64,000 nucleotides of DNA from Marinicella sp. (GTDB lineage: Bacteria; Pseudomonadota; Gammaproteobacteria; Xanthomonadales; Marinicellaceae). A model generated the notes under the pieces. The model was given only the letters and a program-made list of their open reading frames with translations, searched no databases and was not told the origin of the DNA. Shown one piece after another: positions 39,319-49,586 of the stretch. The stretch covers positions 3,616,001 through 3,680,000 of the forward strand of contig OZ246001.1 of assembly GCA_965230295.1 (NCBI GenBank), given 5' to 3'. A program made the position numbers and the translations under genes. Each line of letters starts with the position of its first letter. Position 1 is the first letter of the stretch.

Positions 39319-40584
39319 ATGAAAAACATACATTTATTAGCAACGAAGCCAAGAAAGAAGGACAGAAAAATCTCATCTTACGATGCAATGAATCTGTTTA
39401 AATTGATCAAGTTAAGTTTTGTTTTATTGGCTTTATTTTTTCCGTATACTGTTATGGCACAGAATGATTGCAGATGGGCTGGAACAGCACCTAGCTGCAA
39501 CGGTTCTTGCAATGCTGGTGAAAGTGAGATCACGAGATTGAGTTTTCTACCTGGTGGGTACCCGCCGTATTACTATGGTCCTGATTTCGGTAAGCCATGT
39601 ATTTCTGGGTCAAAAGCATTGTGCTGTAAGACTCCTGGCAGATCCTGTCGCTGGGATGGCACAGCCCCTTTTTGCGAAGGATCCTGTAATGCTGGTGAAA
39701 AAGTATCCCAACCACCAGCGGGTTCATCCAGTGGAAAAGCTTGTTGGACGGGCAAAAAGGTGTATTGTTGTCGTTCGACAGGTTCCAGTCAATCACCGCT
39801 AACGGCCAAGTCTGAAAAACCACTGTACGCTGCCATTTGGGAAAAAGGTGATGGTACTGCCTGGGTGGCTCGCCACGACATGACTCCCAAAAAATACCAA
39901 CAAGAATTTGATCACTGGGTGAAAAAAGGTTTTCGACTGGTTGATGTCAGTGGCTTCAGTGTGGGTGGTCAACAACGTTTTGCAGCCATCTGGGAGAAAA
40001 GCAATGGACCGGCTTGGCTGGCCCGACACGGCATGGATTCTGCACAATACCAACAGGCGTTTAACAAATGGACTCAAAAGGGTTACCGCTTGTCCCATGT
40101 CAGTGGCTATGGCGTTGGTAGCGAAGACCGTTATGCGGCCATTTGGGAAAAACGCAAAGGCAAGCCTTGGGTGGCTCGTCATGCCATGACTTCGGCCAAA
40201 TACCAGCAAGAATTCAACAAATGGACCAAGAAGGGCTACCGCTTAATTCATGTCAGTGGCTACAACGCCGGCGGTGAAGACCGTTATGCGGCCATATGGG
40301 AAAAAAGCAAAGGGCCTAAATGGAAAGCAAGACACGGTATGACCTCTGAGCAATACCAGAAAGAATTCAACAAGGTGACGAAAAAGGGCTACCGCCTGAC
40401 CCACATCAGTTCTTGGCGTTCCGGCAAAACCAATCGCTACGCAGCCATATGGGAAAAAGACAAAGGTCCTGGCTGGGTGGCACGTCATGCCATGACTTCA
40501 GCCAAATACCAGCAAGAATTCAACAAATGGACCCAAAAAGGCTATCGACCCAAGGACGTCAGTGGCAGCAAACGAGCAGAATGA
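39319..40584 (+). CDS. Secreted protein with two Cys-rich WxGTAPxCxGxC modules and five ~51-aa bacterial tandem repeats (BTRD1/polyglycine-hydrolase-like)
   Basis: GAGGAGG RBS; hydrophobic signal segment; YAAIWEK..G..W.ARH.MT...YQ..F..W.KKGYRL..VSG repeated five times. Confidence 0.8.
   Translation: MKNIHLLATKPRKKDRKISSYDAMNLFKLIKLSFVLLALFFPYTVMAQNDCRWAGTAPSCNGSCNAGESEITRLSFLPGGYPPYYYGPDFGKPCISGSKALCCKTPGRSCRWDGTAPFCEGSCNAGEKVSQPPAGSSSGKACWTGKKVYCCRSTGSSQSPLTAKSEKPLYAAIWEKGDGTAWVARHDMTPKKYQQEFDHWVKKGFRLVDVSGFSVGGQQRFAAIWEKSNGPAWLARHGMDSAQYQQAFNKWTQKGYRLSHVSGYGVGSEDRYAAIWEKRKGKPWVARHAMTSAKYQQEFNKWTKKGYRLIHVSGYNAGGEDRYAAIWEKSKGPKWKARHGMTSEQYQKEFNKVTKKGYRLTHISSWRSGKTNRYAAIWEKDKGPGWVARHAMTSAKYQQEFNKWTQKGYRPKDVSGSKRAE
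39826..40566 (+). repeat. Intragenic tandem repeat, about 153-bp unit, five copies
   Basis: Near-identical blocks, e.g. CGTCATGCCATGACTTC.GCCAAATACCAGCAAGAATTCAACAAATGGACC at about 40177 and 40483. Confidence 0.85.
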
Positions 40585-40743
40585 TCATCCATTGATCAAC
40601 TCGTCATTTAAATGGACAGTCATCCAATCACTAAAATCCTGTTTAAACAGAAATACAGTGCATGTAGAATTTTAGGAGCGGGTGGCTGTCCTTGATGAGG
40701 AAAGTTACCGTCCAACAGTGTATAATCATATGAAACACTATAA

Positions 40744-40964
40744 AGGAATGTTCTTGGGGCTTTACTGCAATTGTTCCAAACAATTCTCTGCATTCACCCC
40801 GTCCTGGGGATCGATGCGGTAGCTGCCGAGGTGAACATGACAGGCTACCTCGCACGCACTACGGCATTCAAATCGGGCTTCTTTATCTTCGATAAAACCG
40901 CCAACCTTTCATCACCTGCGCTGCCTAACCGGTTCGGTGGGTCATGCTGCTCAGCAGCTTTCCT
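40744..40964. mobile_element. Modular non-coding element, short copy
   Basis: Same termini and core as 15694-16326 but lacks both internal expansions. Confidence 0.75.
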
Positions 40965-41184
40965 ACTACTAAAGGGCTCAAACAGTTTATGTTTCATGAG
41001 GAGAATAGGGCGAGTCTACTTGATGACAATAAAGATTTTCCCAAGTGTATTTCGTCGCATTTCTATGTCAGTTCATCCCATTGACATTGATGTTGTCTAT
41101 CAGGATTTTTAAGATCATTTTATTCAGCCATCGTGATTGACTGAATATGCCATGAAACAGATAAATGTGCGGGAGGATATTCAA

Positions 41185-42177
41185 ATGCTTGGTATAAAAA
41201 ACAGACAACGTGACCGTAATCAGCTGATGCTTAATCTTCTTGTTGTTCCATTTGGCCTATCTGGCAGTTTTGATGAATCTTCTCAGCATACCTTCAAGAC
41301 AACGACTGATACCCAAGGTTGCGTGATCCAGCAGTTAACCAGTGAGGACTACGATGAATTCCAACACCATGGTGTCAGTGATGACGGCCAATGGCTTGCC
41401 GTGGGGTGGAACAAGGGTGAGGATGCTGATGGGAATCCCGTCAGAGGCTCATACCTGTTGAATTTGCTTACAGGAAAAAAAAAGCATTTGCCCAAACCGC
41501 TCAACCACAATTCCAGCTTTTCACCTGATGGTCAATTTTTGATCGGTGCCCAGTATACCTCTGATGGCAAGACAGAATTGTATGAGTACGATCTCAAAGC
41601 GGAGCAGGCCACTGTCATTGCGGCAGATCCCAATTGGGATTTCAAACCCAGTTACACGCCCGATGGACAATCCATCGTTTTTAATTCATACCGCACGGGA
41701 AATTCAGAAATTTACCTTTATGCTCGCGCAGACAAAACCATGCAGCAATTGACCCAACATGACAGCTACGATTCCCATGGAGAGATGTCACCTGACGGCC
41801 GCAAAATTTTGTTTCATAGACATGTGAAAACCAAGTCTGAAGGGGTTTATGATTTTGATCTTTACGTTCACGATATTGCCACTGGTACAGAATCCCGATT
41901 AACCTCAACACCTCAAGAAGAAGGGTACCCTGCCTGGGGGCCAGACGGGAAAAAAATTGTTTTCAGCTACAACAAAAACGACAAGCCAGGCGTCAACCAC
42001 CTTTATATCATGGAGCCAGACGGTACGCTGAAGCAACTTACAGGAGGTGACTGGAAAGACAGCTACGCACAGTGGACTCGGGATGGTAGTTACATTTATT
42101 TCAATACAGACCGCAACGGCGTCTCCGATATCTATCGCATCAAAATGGATGGCTCTAACTGCGTTAAACCCAGTTAA
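41185..42177 (+). CDS. TolB-like PD40 beta-propeller protein
   Basis: Repeated SPDG/TPDG/GPDG motifs, FNSYRTGNSEIY; GGAGG RBS before ATG 41185. Confidence 0.85.
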   Translation: MLGIKNRQRDRNQLMLNLLVVPFGLSGSFDESSQHTFKTTTDTQGCVIQQLTSEDYDEFQHHGVSDDGQWLAVGWNKGEDADGNPVRGSYLLNLLTGKKKHLPKPLNHNSSFSPDGQFLIGAQYTSDGKTELYEYDLKAEQATVIAADPNWDFKPSYTPDGQSIVFNSYRTGNSEIYLYARADKTMQQLTQHDSYDSHGEMSPDGRKILFHRHVKTKSEGVYDFDLYVHDIATGTESRLTSTPQEEGYPAWGPDGKKIVFSYNKNDKPGVNHLYIMEPDGTLKQLTGGDWKDSYAQWTRDGSYIYFNTDRNGVSDIYRIKMDGSNCVKPS

Positions 42178-42389
42178 TATAGTTAATGACTCATCATACC
42201 GGGCAATGAATGGCAATTTCAGTTTGTCATTCACACAGGCATAAGAATCAACAAATGCTCTGATCTTATTGTTTTCTGAACAATTGTCATTTGCAAACAT
42301 CTGAAGTAATGAACTTTATGTTCAAATATACTTTTATTATGTGCATAGTTGTGTAATATATAAAGTAAATATTCATACAGGGGGACAAG

Positions 42390-43895
42390 ATGTTTTATTC
42401 TATTTCAAAGAAAAGTACCTTATTGATGGTACTGATGTTATTGGCATGTCAGCCACAAAAGTCAACTACACAACAAACCAAAACGGAATCAAAGACAGTA
42501 AATACGACTGCACAGGTGCCTGATTACGTGCCATTTCCAACGGGATATGGGTACATGGAAAATCTGACAGCTTTGCAACAAGCCACCGATTCAGGAGACA
42601 GCCAAGTGATTCGCGAACATGCATGGAGTTTGTGGGCTGGGATCATGCAGCCAGTAGACGGGTTGGGTTGGCCTATTTGGTATACCTGGCCAAACACAAA
42701 AGGTGCCTTTGCAACCAATGGGATGAAAACGAAAGTTAAGTCAACTTCTATTGAAAACAAGAAAGTTAAGAGCAAAAAAGCATCAAAACAAAATAAGTCT
42801 CTGCGTTCGGTCAACAAAATGAATTCACAATCTGGTCATGCACCGCCAGTTGATACTCCAGCTCCAATTTATAAAATTCCGGCACCCGTAATGGCACAGT
42901 ATCCATCTGCCATTTGTGACAGTGGTTCAAGCGGGAAAACAATTTGTGATGGTGGGCATTTCGTGAACAATGGCGACATCATGATTCCCACAGAGTCTTT
43001 AAGTCAAGAAGCCATGCAAGATATACGTGGCAACAAGTTGTATTTAAAATCCACGCTTGATGCAGCCTATGCAGCAGGAAAACCAATGATCGAAGTCACG
43101 GATCGTTTCATAGTCACCAAACACATGTACTGGCCAGTCAAAGCCAAAGGCATCACTGTTATTCCGGTGTGGAAAGACAACTACCCGGACAGCTATACCG
43201 GTTACGCTGGATATGAGTTTTGGGACACACTGGTGGCTTTGGAACCCAGTAATCCAGGTTCAGTAGGAACCTTGGTTGAAGGTGCCTTTTTGTACGGTGT
43301 TTTGGACCACTCAGGAACCCAGACATTACCAACAGTACGTGGCCAAGCAGAAGTGCACGCCATGGACAGTTTTTATCATCGACAAGTGAGTCAGGCTGAT
43401 TGGGACAGTTTTGATGATGCAGACAAAGCCATCATCACAGCTGCAAGTTACTGGGCCAATGGACAAGCATTCGCTGTTGGTGATTATTTGGTCACTGTGG
43501 CCATGCATGTGAACACCAAAGAATTGGAAAGCTGGACCCTACAAAGTGTTTGGTGGTCAGACACACCCAATACCGGTATCTATGCAGCTAATCGCCCGTC
43601 ATTGCCACAAGCACAAGGTCCATGGGATCATTACTTGTTGACCGATGCCTATGCGGTACCTGCCATCAACGGTCAACTTCAAAAAGCCGTCAATCCATAT
43701 ATTGAAGGCGTGATTCATCCTATTGCTACCAATTGCAGAAATTGTCATGTAAGGGCAGGGTGGCCACAAAGCAAAGCCAGCTACCAAAATCCCGGGTGCC
43801 CGGATTTATTAGAAGATTTAACCCCACAGAGCCCATGTTTACAGGGTATTACCCTGAGTGATTATTTATGGATCATCCCTGATCGAGCTCAGTAA
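42390..43895 (+). CDS. Lipoprotein with a single C-terminal CxxCH (putative c-type cytochrome)
   Basis: Lipobox LLAC; TNCRNCH near the C-terminus; Trp-rich body. Confidence 0.7.
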   Translation: MFYSISKKSTLLMVLMLLACQPQKSTTQQTKTESKTVNTTAQVPDYVPFPTGYGYMENLTALQQATDSGDSQVIREHAWSLWAGIMQPVDGLGWPIWYTWPNTKGAFATNGMKTKVKSTSIENKKVKSKKASKQNKSLRSVNKMNSQSGHAPPVDTPAPIYKIPAPVMAQYPSAICDSGSSGKTICDGGHFVNNGDIMIPTESLSQEAMQDIRGNKLYLKSTLDAAYAAGKPMIEVTDRFIVTKHMYWPVKAKGITVIPVWKDNYPDSYTGYAGYEFWDTLVALEPSNPGSVGTLVEGAFLYGVLDHSGTQTLPTVRGQAEVHAMDSFYHRQVSQADWDSFDDADKAIITAASYWANGQAFAVGDYLVTVAMHVNTKELESWTLQSVWWSDTPNTGIYAANRPSLPQAQGPWDHYLLTDAYAVPAINGQLQKAVNPYIEGVIHPIATNCRNCHVRAGWPQSKASYQNPGCPDLLEDLTPQSPCLQGITLSDYLWIIPDRAQ

Positions 43896-43909
43896 AGAGT
43901 AGAGGTTTG

Positions 43910-43951
43910 TCAGCAAAATCCAGTTTGAAATTACGGGCTGGATTTTGCTGA
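43910..43951. terminator. Inverted repeat between convergent genes, probable bidirectional terminator
   Basis: TCAGCAAAATCCAG / CTGGATTTTGCTGA perfect 14-bp arms. Confidence 0.7.
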
Positions 43952-43994
43952 GGCCAAATAATTTGATTGCAAAACCAATATTTTGACGAACATT

Positions 43995-44594
43995 CTACTT
44001 TGACCCCATTGACTTTCTTGCAGTTGCTTGTATTCTGGCAACTTCTGTCCAATTTTTCTCATCGTTACTAAATTCCATCTTCCATTTCCAACTATCTTTT
44101 GTTATTTGGAAATATGTAATCTTTTGTGTGAGTCCTGGTCTTTCCAAATCTTCACCTATCATGATCAACTCACCTTGATCATTTGAAGTTGCAATGTAAG
44201 AAGTGAAATTGGAATTATCATTAGAGGCCCAAATAATTTTCCATTTATTGGCTTTGTCATCATAAATACGAACATTTGTGCCAAATTGTCGCCTCTCACC
44301 TTGTTTAAGTACTGTAGACAAAGGTGGCTGGATCCATTCGTCCTGAATGGCATATCCGCCTAGAATATATCGGAAATTCCAATCCGCATCATCAATCGAT
44401 TGCCAACTGCCATCTTCTTGTCGAACCTGCTGCTTTATATGCCAATCACCGACCAATTGACCAAACTGGGCTATTCCTGGATGAACATTATCTGACTGCA
44501 TCATTGGTGGTTTTGACACACTACTTTGACACCCGGCTAAGCCAATTAATATTAATATAATTGTTAGATTTTTCACAATTTGCAAATTCTTCAT
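43995..44594 (-). CDS. Lipoprotein, DUF1579-like beta-barrel
   Basis: Lipobox LAGC; QFGQLVGDW, ILGGYAIQDEW, GTNVRIYD..KWKIIW, SNDEKNW. Confidence 0.65.
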   Translation of the reverse strand: MKNLQIVKNLTIILILIGLAGCQSSVSKPPMMQSDNVHPGIAQFGQLVGDWHIKQQVRQEDGSWQSIDDADWNFRYILGGYAIQDEWIQPPLSTVLKQGERRQFGTNVRIYDDKANKWKIIWASNDNSNFTSYIATSNDQGELIMIGEDLERPGLTQKITYFQITKDSWKWKMEFSNDEKNWTEVARIQATARKSMGSK

Positions 44595-44606
44595 ATTTTT
44601 CTCTAA

Positions 44607-45209
44607 TTAAAAATGAGATCGTTTAGCAATAGGGATGATGATTTCAATAACTGGATTTTTTAAATTACTCTCAAGTTCGTTTAATGGAAATCGCACCATT
44701 GTTGGTTTGGTTTGAACATATCCGTTGAGATCTATCCAAGCCAGCAGCTTTTTGCCATCTCGTGGAGTTTCTAATACATTTGAAGGCAGTTTAGCAATCA
44801 ACGATTTCTCTATATTTCGAGTCAGTAGGCCAGAATTTATTTGCTTATGTGTAGGTAATTCAAAACCTATTTGCCATTTCAATTCTGATTCGGCAACCAA
44901 ATCCGGATCGTCAGGGTATACTGCAAATATAGCTGGAGAATTGGCTTCTTTAGCAACAGTAAGAAGATAATTAATCATCTCTGTGTGTTGTGAATAGCTT
45001 CCCCGCATTTCTTTATACTCATATTTTACGGGTTGAGAAGTAATAATGGAGACAACAGGTGGAAACTCCTCCATGAGATTTTCATAGGGTGATTCAGACT
45101 CAATTCGTTTATTTTTATTAGAATCCAATGAGCCACTACTGAAATTGGTACATCCGGTCAATAAAGCAAAGGCAAATAGAGTTGCTTTTCGAAATACTAA
45201 AAAAAACAT
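44607..45209 (-). CDS. Lipoprotein with GyrI-like small-molecule-binding domain
   Basis: Lipobox LTGC; GSYSQH, YPDDP..V.E.EL.W.IG, WIDLNGY, EIIIPI. Confidence 0.65.
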   Translation of the reverse strand: MFFLVFRKATLFAFALLTGCTNFSSGSLDSNKNKRIESESPYENLMEEFPPVVSIITSQPVKYEYKEMRGSYSQHTEMINYLLTVAKEANSPAIFAVYPDDPDLVAESELKWQIGFELPTHKQINSGLLTRNIEKSLIAKLPSNVLETPRDGKKLLAWIDLNGYVQTKPTMVRFPLNELESNLKNPVIEIIIPIAKRSHF

Positions 45210-45211
45210 TT

Positions 45212-45658
45212 CTACTTTGTTCCTTCAATCACTCTTTTTAGATTTGGTAAGACAAACGACTTCCAGCCACCTGCAAGCGCATCGCGGATTTGACGAATCA
45301 CGCTTACATCAAATTTGTCCCATCCCTCGTGAACCAATGTTACTTCTGTTTGGCTATCTAAAGGTTCGACTAGTATATGAACGGTAGTTGCTGGAGTATC
45401 GGGAAGATACCAGCTAAACGAGAATTGATTTGGTGCATCCAGAGTAAGGATTTCACAATGAGTGGCTCCTTCAATATCGTTGTTAATGCGTTTCGATTCG
45501 TCTTGCTGCATGTAAAAGACATGGCCAATGGATTTCTCATACTGCATACACCCAAGCCACTGAGAAACATATTCTGGCTCAGTCAGAAAAGTCCAGACAC
45601 GATTTGGGTTGGCGTTAATTATTATTGAATGTTTAATAGTCAATGGTTTATCAGTCAA
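45212..45658 (-). CDS. SRPBCC/AHSA1-like ligand-binding protein
   Basis: I.ANPNRVWTFLTEPE..SQW, FSFSW, TLVHEGW, GW..F.L.NLK; TTG start with GAGGAG RBS overlapping the ArsR stop. Confidence 0.85.
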   Translation of the reverse strand: MTDKPLTIKHSIIINANPNRVWTFLTEPEYVSQWLGCMQYEKSIGHVFYMQQDESKRINNDIEGATHCEILTLDAPNQFSFSWYLPDTPATTVHILVEPLDSQTEVTLVHEGWDKFDVSVIRQIRDALAGGWKSFVLPNLKRVIEGTK

Positions 45659-45971
45659 TGGAATTCTCCTCAATTAAGGTTTTTAATTTAGTAAGGCGCT
45701 GAGCCCATATCGAGTTGAGCCAATCTTCAACTTCACGCAAAATTGATGTCTTAAGATAGTAGAGATTTTCACGACCACCCTCAGGTGCTTCAATGAAACC
45801 TGCTTTTTTAAGTATCCGCAAGTGACGAGAAATCGCGGGCCTAGAAACATCGAACTTCTTTGCGATCTTATGTACTGGGAGCGGCTTATTTGCCAAAGCG
45901 CGAATAATGCTACGCCTTGTTCCATCTGAAAGGGCTCTAAAAACTAAATCTTCATTATTATTGGTAAGCAT
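45651..45971 (-). CDS. ArsR/SmtB-family regulator
   Basis: VFRALSDGTRR.I, SRPAISRHLRILKKAG; typical ArsR-SRPBCC pair. Confidence 0.9.
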   Translation of the reverse strand: MLTNNNEDLVFRALSDGTRRSIIRALANKPLPVHKIAKKFDVSRPAISRHLRILKKAGFIEAPEGGRENLYYLKTSILREVEDWLNSIWAQRLTKLKTLIEENSID

Positions 45972-46027
45972 ATTGTTACCAATATAATTCTTTAAATAGC
46001 TATATACAAGAAATATTTTAAATATAC

Positions 46028-46043
46028 GTAACAATTATGTTAC
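46028..46043. promoter_or_regulatory. Probable ArsR operator
   Basis: GTAACA-ATTA-TGTTAC palindrome about 60 bp upstream of the ArsR start. Confidence 0.6.
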
Positions 46044-46326
46044 TTATTAAGTGAGATTTATTCATCTGAATTTTTGTTTTCATTTTTTTAGTAATAGGAA
46101 CTTACCAGCTTAACTAACAAATTTAGATCAACCACTTAATAAGACATACAATTTAAGTTGCTGTTACAAAACAAGTATTTCTGGCCATTCAACAACTCTG
46201 ACTGCAGTGTGTGGGATGTTTGTCAAAGATTAGTTAGATTATTCCTTCAAGACCTCTGTCTCTGATCAATTGTTTAACTTATACTGTCAGTCATTCGAGT
46301 GAAAATGAATTAAGGAAAACATATCA

Positions 46327-46710
46327 ATGAAAAAAAATGACCATAAAACTTTTGGGTTGTACTACACCTCCATTGACCAAAATGAAAAAATCACAACCCA
46401 TCACATACCATATGATGACCAATCAAACAGCATTCCCGGGTATATTTACACGGTCATGTTCTATGACGAAAATGGAGATAAAAACACATTCCCCGTAGGA
46501 GCGATTTTTAAATCTACCCATGACAATGCCAATGCTGATTTTTTCAAATCAGTCACTGAATTTATGCAAAACTATCCTGACGTCATCAAGTTGATGCCCC
46601 AAAACACGTCAGCCAGATTCACCAAAACAGAGAACTTGATTACTGGCGAAGTGAATGCCAAAGAGTGTGAACAAATTATCATCGATGCGATATTAAGGTT
46701 AACTCAATAG
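46327..46710 (+). CDS. Hypothetical protein
   Basis: 127-aa ORF with AAGGA RBS; family not recognised. Confidence 0.65.
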   Translation: MKKNDHKTFGLYYTSIDQNEKITTHHIPYDDQSNSIPGYIYTVMFYDENGDKNTFPVGAIFKSTHDNANADFFKSVTEFMQNYPDVIKLMPQNTSARFTKTENLITGEVNAKECEQIIIDAILRLTQ

Positions 46711-46840
46711 GCATTAAGCGGACTTGACAAGAGGATCAGAATTGCTTGGAATACCAAATCACCTCTTAATGAGCCCCTTTAATTGGCCACATGGTGCTGG
46801 TGCAATGTTATCTGTTGGCATTTTCCATATATTCTAAGAA

Positions 46841-48601
46841 CTAACCATCCTGCAGAGGACATCCTTTGGCGACTTGAATGCCTTTGTTTTCAGGTTGATC
46901 TAACAGTGCTTTGATCGCCGGGGCATTCCAATTATCAGGTGCCAACAGTAACATGCAACGATAGCTTGATAGGCGTTCTCTGATATGGCCTGCAGCTCTT
47001 TGTGCGCCTGCCAGGTTGTACCATACATTCCATATATAGGGATGTATTTCAGTGTTAAGAAGACAAGTTTCCAGAGCTCCTTGATAATCTTCAATTTTTT
47101 GTAAGTAATCACACACTTGTCTGAGCTCAAACTCTGTTGGAGGAGACCACCATTTAATGGCTGAAAACTTATTTTGCCTGTCGTGATAAGCCGCTCTTGC
47201 GGCTGCACCGCCTTGTTGCCTTGCTATCACGGTTAGGCTTCTCATTTCTTGTCCCTTGAGTATCATATCTAGTGCCGGATCCTGTCCAGTGGCATAATCA
47301 TCAGAGCTGATTACAGCAGGGATGTCGATGCTTAGCGATTCAGCCAGGTCTCCCCAATGTGTTAACTGCAAATACCTGCTCGAGACATATAGATTTGTGC
47401 CGCTGTCAGTATAAGCCTTAGATACTGATTCACTGAAGTGGTTGGGACCCGTTGCCGTGGGTTCGCCAATGATTGTGACTGGCACATTGGCTTTTAATTC
47501 ATGGGCCAATATCAATCCAGCCCCTGCTGTTTTGCGTCCCACTATGATGTACATGCGTTGCCAGGGTGGAACATCCAACCGTTTGATGAGTGCATGAATC
47601 AGGGTATATATTTTGCTGCTATCACCGCCAAAATTCCACCGTAAATCTATCATTAAATGTTTTGGCTTGACTTGATCCAATTCTGCCAATGTAGCTTCAA
47701 AAAAAGTCACAAAATCCGTATCTGATACATATTGAGCACGGATGTAATAGGCGTCTTGCTCAGGCAATGATATGGAGGAAAATGGTGCATTGTCAGACAT
47801 ATGCAATGGCCGGGATAGGCTGGGTTTTTCAAATTCGCTGGATTTAAGGTCATTGTATGCACTGACCCAATCAGTTTTATTATCAATAGGTAAGCCATCT
47901 GTGACAGGGAGGTATTGCCAATTGAAACTTGAGTCATTGGCGTTGAAATTTGTCCGGTTGAAGGCTTTAGCTGACAGGGTTTGCTCTACAGTTTTGCCAG
48001 TTTTTAGTTTCAATGTCATTTTCAATTTGCCTGCTGAAGTGGTAAAACCCAATCCGTTCATTAACATGGCATTGTGTACAGGCCACAGTTTTTCATCTTG
48101 TGCATAACTGTTATCACTCGCCAGCAAAGAATTGACCTGTTGCATCACATGTTCAACAGGTTTTCCGGCGATGGACAATACTTGAGCCCCTGACAGTTGT
48201 TTCAATGAATGGTGCACGGCAGCCAGAAAATAACCATCGCTGAACTTATAGAATCTGACGGGGTACCACAATGCAAATTCAGTGTCTGCTGGTTCCAAAT
48301 AGGTGCTGCCATCTTCTAATGACGCAACCAATTGCATGGTTTTAACCATTCGCTGTGGCTGGCTAAGCTGTGGCATGGTCTTTTTCAATTGCTGCGCCTT
48401 CTTTAGGAACTTGGTTTTGCCGATGGCGAAAAAAGGGTTCGGATGCATCAGTTGAATGTCATTGACTATTTGATCAATGTCTTGCTGCCAACTGATCGCT
48501 GAACGTTCTTGGTCATTGGCTTTTAGCATAGGTGCGTTAAAGACCAAAATCATCAAGGCACAGTATTTATACCATGGGTTATTAAAGTTTATAATTCGCA
48601 T
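46841..48601 (-). CDS. Exported S41-peptidase-like protein with C-terminal TPR
   Basis: Signal peptide; HPNPF, IDLRWNFGGD, GRKTAGAG, IIGEPT, GQDPALD; HPYIWNVWYNLA TPR-like segment. Confidence 0.75.
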   Translation of the reverse strand: MRIINFNNPWYKYCALMILVFNAPMLKANDQERSAISWQQDIDQIVNDIQLMHPNPFFAIGKTKFLKKAQQLKKTMPQLSQPQRMVKTMQLVASLEDGSTYLEPADTEFALWYPVRFYKFSDGYFLAAVHHSLKQLSGAQVLSIAGKPVEHVMQQVNSLLASDNSYAQDEKLWPVHNAMLMNGLGFTTSAGKLKMTLKLKTGKTVEQTLSAKAFNRTNFNANDSSFNWQYLPVTDGLPIDNKTDWVSAYNDLKSSEFEKPSLSRPLHMSDNAPFSSISLPEQDAYYIRAQYVSDTDFVTFFEATLAELDQVKPKHLMIDLRWNFGGDSSKIYTLIHALIKRLDVPPWQRMYIIVGRKTAGAGLILAHELKANVPVTIIGEPTATGPNHFSESVSKAYTDSGTNLYVSSRYLQLTHWGDLAESLSIDIPAVISSDDYATGQDPALDMILKGQEMRSLTVIARQQGGAAARAAYHDRQNKFSAIKWWSPPTEFELRQVCDYLQKIEDYQGALETCLLNTEIHPYIWNVWYNLAGAQRAAGHIRERLSSYRCMLLLAPDNWNAPAIKALLDQPENKGIQVAKGCPLQDG

Positions 48602-48648
48602 GATTGTCTCCTCTTATTTAGCATCAAACATTTGTCTGAATTACATAG

Positions 48649-48678
48649 GTAACTGACGACAGTCGAGAAAGTAACTGA
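48649..48678 (-). promoter_or_regulatory. LytTR-type direct-repeat boxes
   Basis: GTAACTGA at 48649 and 48671 (22-bp period), i.e. TCAGTTAC on the minus strand; lies between the divergent S41-like and LytTR genes. Confidence 0.65.
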
Positions 48679-48806
48679 ACTTGGTGAAATTCAGTGCTGA
48701 AGCAGCATAAAGAGAACCTGATCAACAACATGATCTTGAATACCGAGACAATGCCAATTGCATCGATTTTTTATCATAAAGTGATATCATATAAATTAAC
48801 ATCAAC

Positions 48807-49586
48807 ATGATTGGACCAATGGTTTCACTTTTCAGAAAAAAACATAATTTCAAATGGCTGTTGTTCTTGTTGTTCATGGCATTGTCAATTGGCATATACT
48901 TCAGAGAAGTGACCAACAACCCGAAAATTCACTTCTTGGCGGTGGTTTTCTGGCAATTTATTTTGTGGGTGCCTTGGCTATTCATTGAAGGTTTTATCAA
49001 GAAGGTTAGAAGGAAAACCAAAAACCGTCTTTTGATTTATCCCACCTGCCTCTTCATGTTGGGTTTGCATATCCTGTTTTTTGTTTTGTACAGCAGTTAC
49101 CTCAGTCCTTATGTGGGTGCAGTTAACAGCAAATATGGCGTTTATCCCTATTTTTTCATTTTCTGGTCCAGCATAGATTTGATTTTACTTTGGGTGGTCT
49201 GTAATCAACCTGGCTCAGTTCAATCATCAGCGCAACTTCCCTTGAAGCCAAATAAATACATCATCAAAGAGGGTTCCAACCAAGTTATCTTATCTACAGC
49301 AGACATGATCAAAATCACTGCTGAAGATTACTATGTAAGAATACACAGCACACAAGGTGAGTACTTGCAGCGCATTTCATTGAAAGAGTTGGGTAAACAA
49401 CTGCCTGACAATGAATTTGTTCGCATCCATCGATCCACAATTGTCAACCTCAATCACATCAAACAAATCATCAGGCAAAGCAAAAAAGGCACATTTGTAG
49501 AATTGTTGGATGGGAGTGTAAACAAGGTCAGCAAAAGTCAGAGTATGGCATTTCAATCAAAGTTGCACCACTCACTGCACATATAA
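48807..49586 (+). CDS. Membrane-anchored one-component LytTR regulator
   Basis: Four N-terminal TM segments; AEDYYVRIH, FVRIHRSTIVN, VSKS. Confidence 0.88.
   Translation: MIGPMVSLFRKKHNFKWLLFLLFMALSIGIYFREVTNNPKIHFLAVVFWQFILWVPWLFIEGFIKKVRRKTKNRLLIYPTCLFMLGLHILFFVLYSSYLSPYVGAVNSKYGVYPYFFIFWSSIDLILLWVVCNQPGSVQSSAQLPLKPNKYIIKEGSNQVILSTADMIKITAEDYYVRIHSTQGEYLQRISLKELGKQLPDNEFVRIHRSTIVNLNHIKQIIRQSKKGTFVELLDGSVNKVSKSQSMAFQSKLHHSLHI

Noticed and set aside
39826-40566. Regularly spaced repeats as a possible CRISPR array
   Set aside because: The repeats are in-frame coding units of about 153 bp with synonymous variation; there are no unique spacers and no cas genes.
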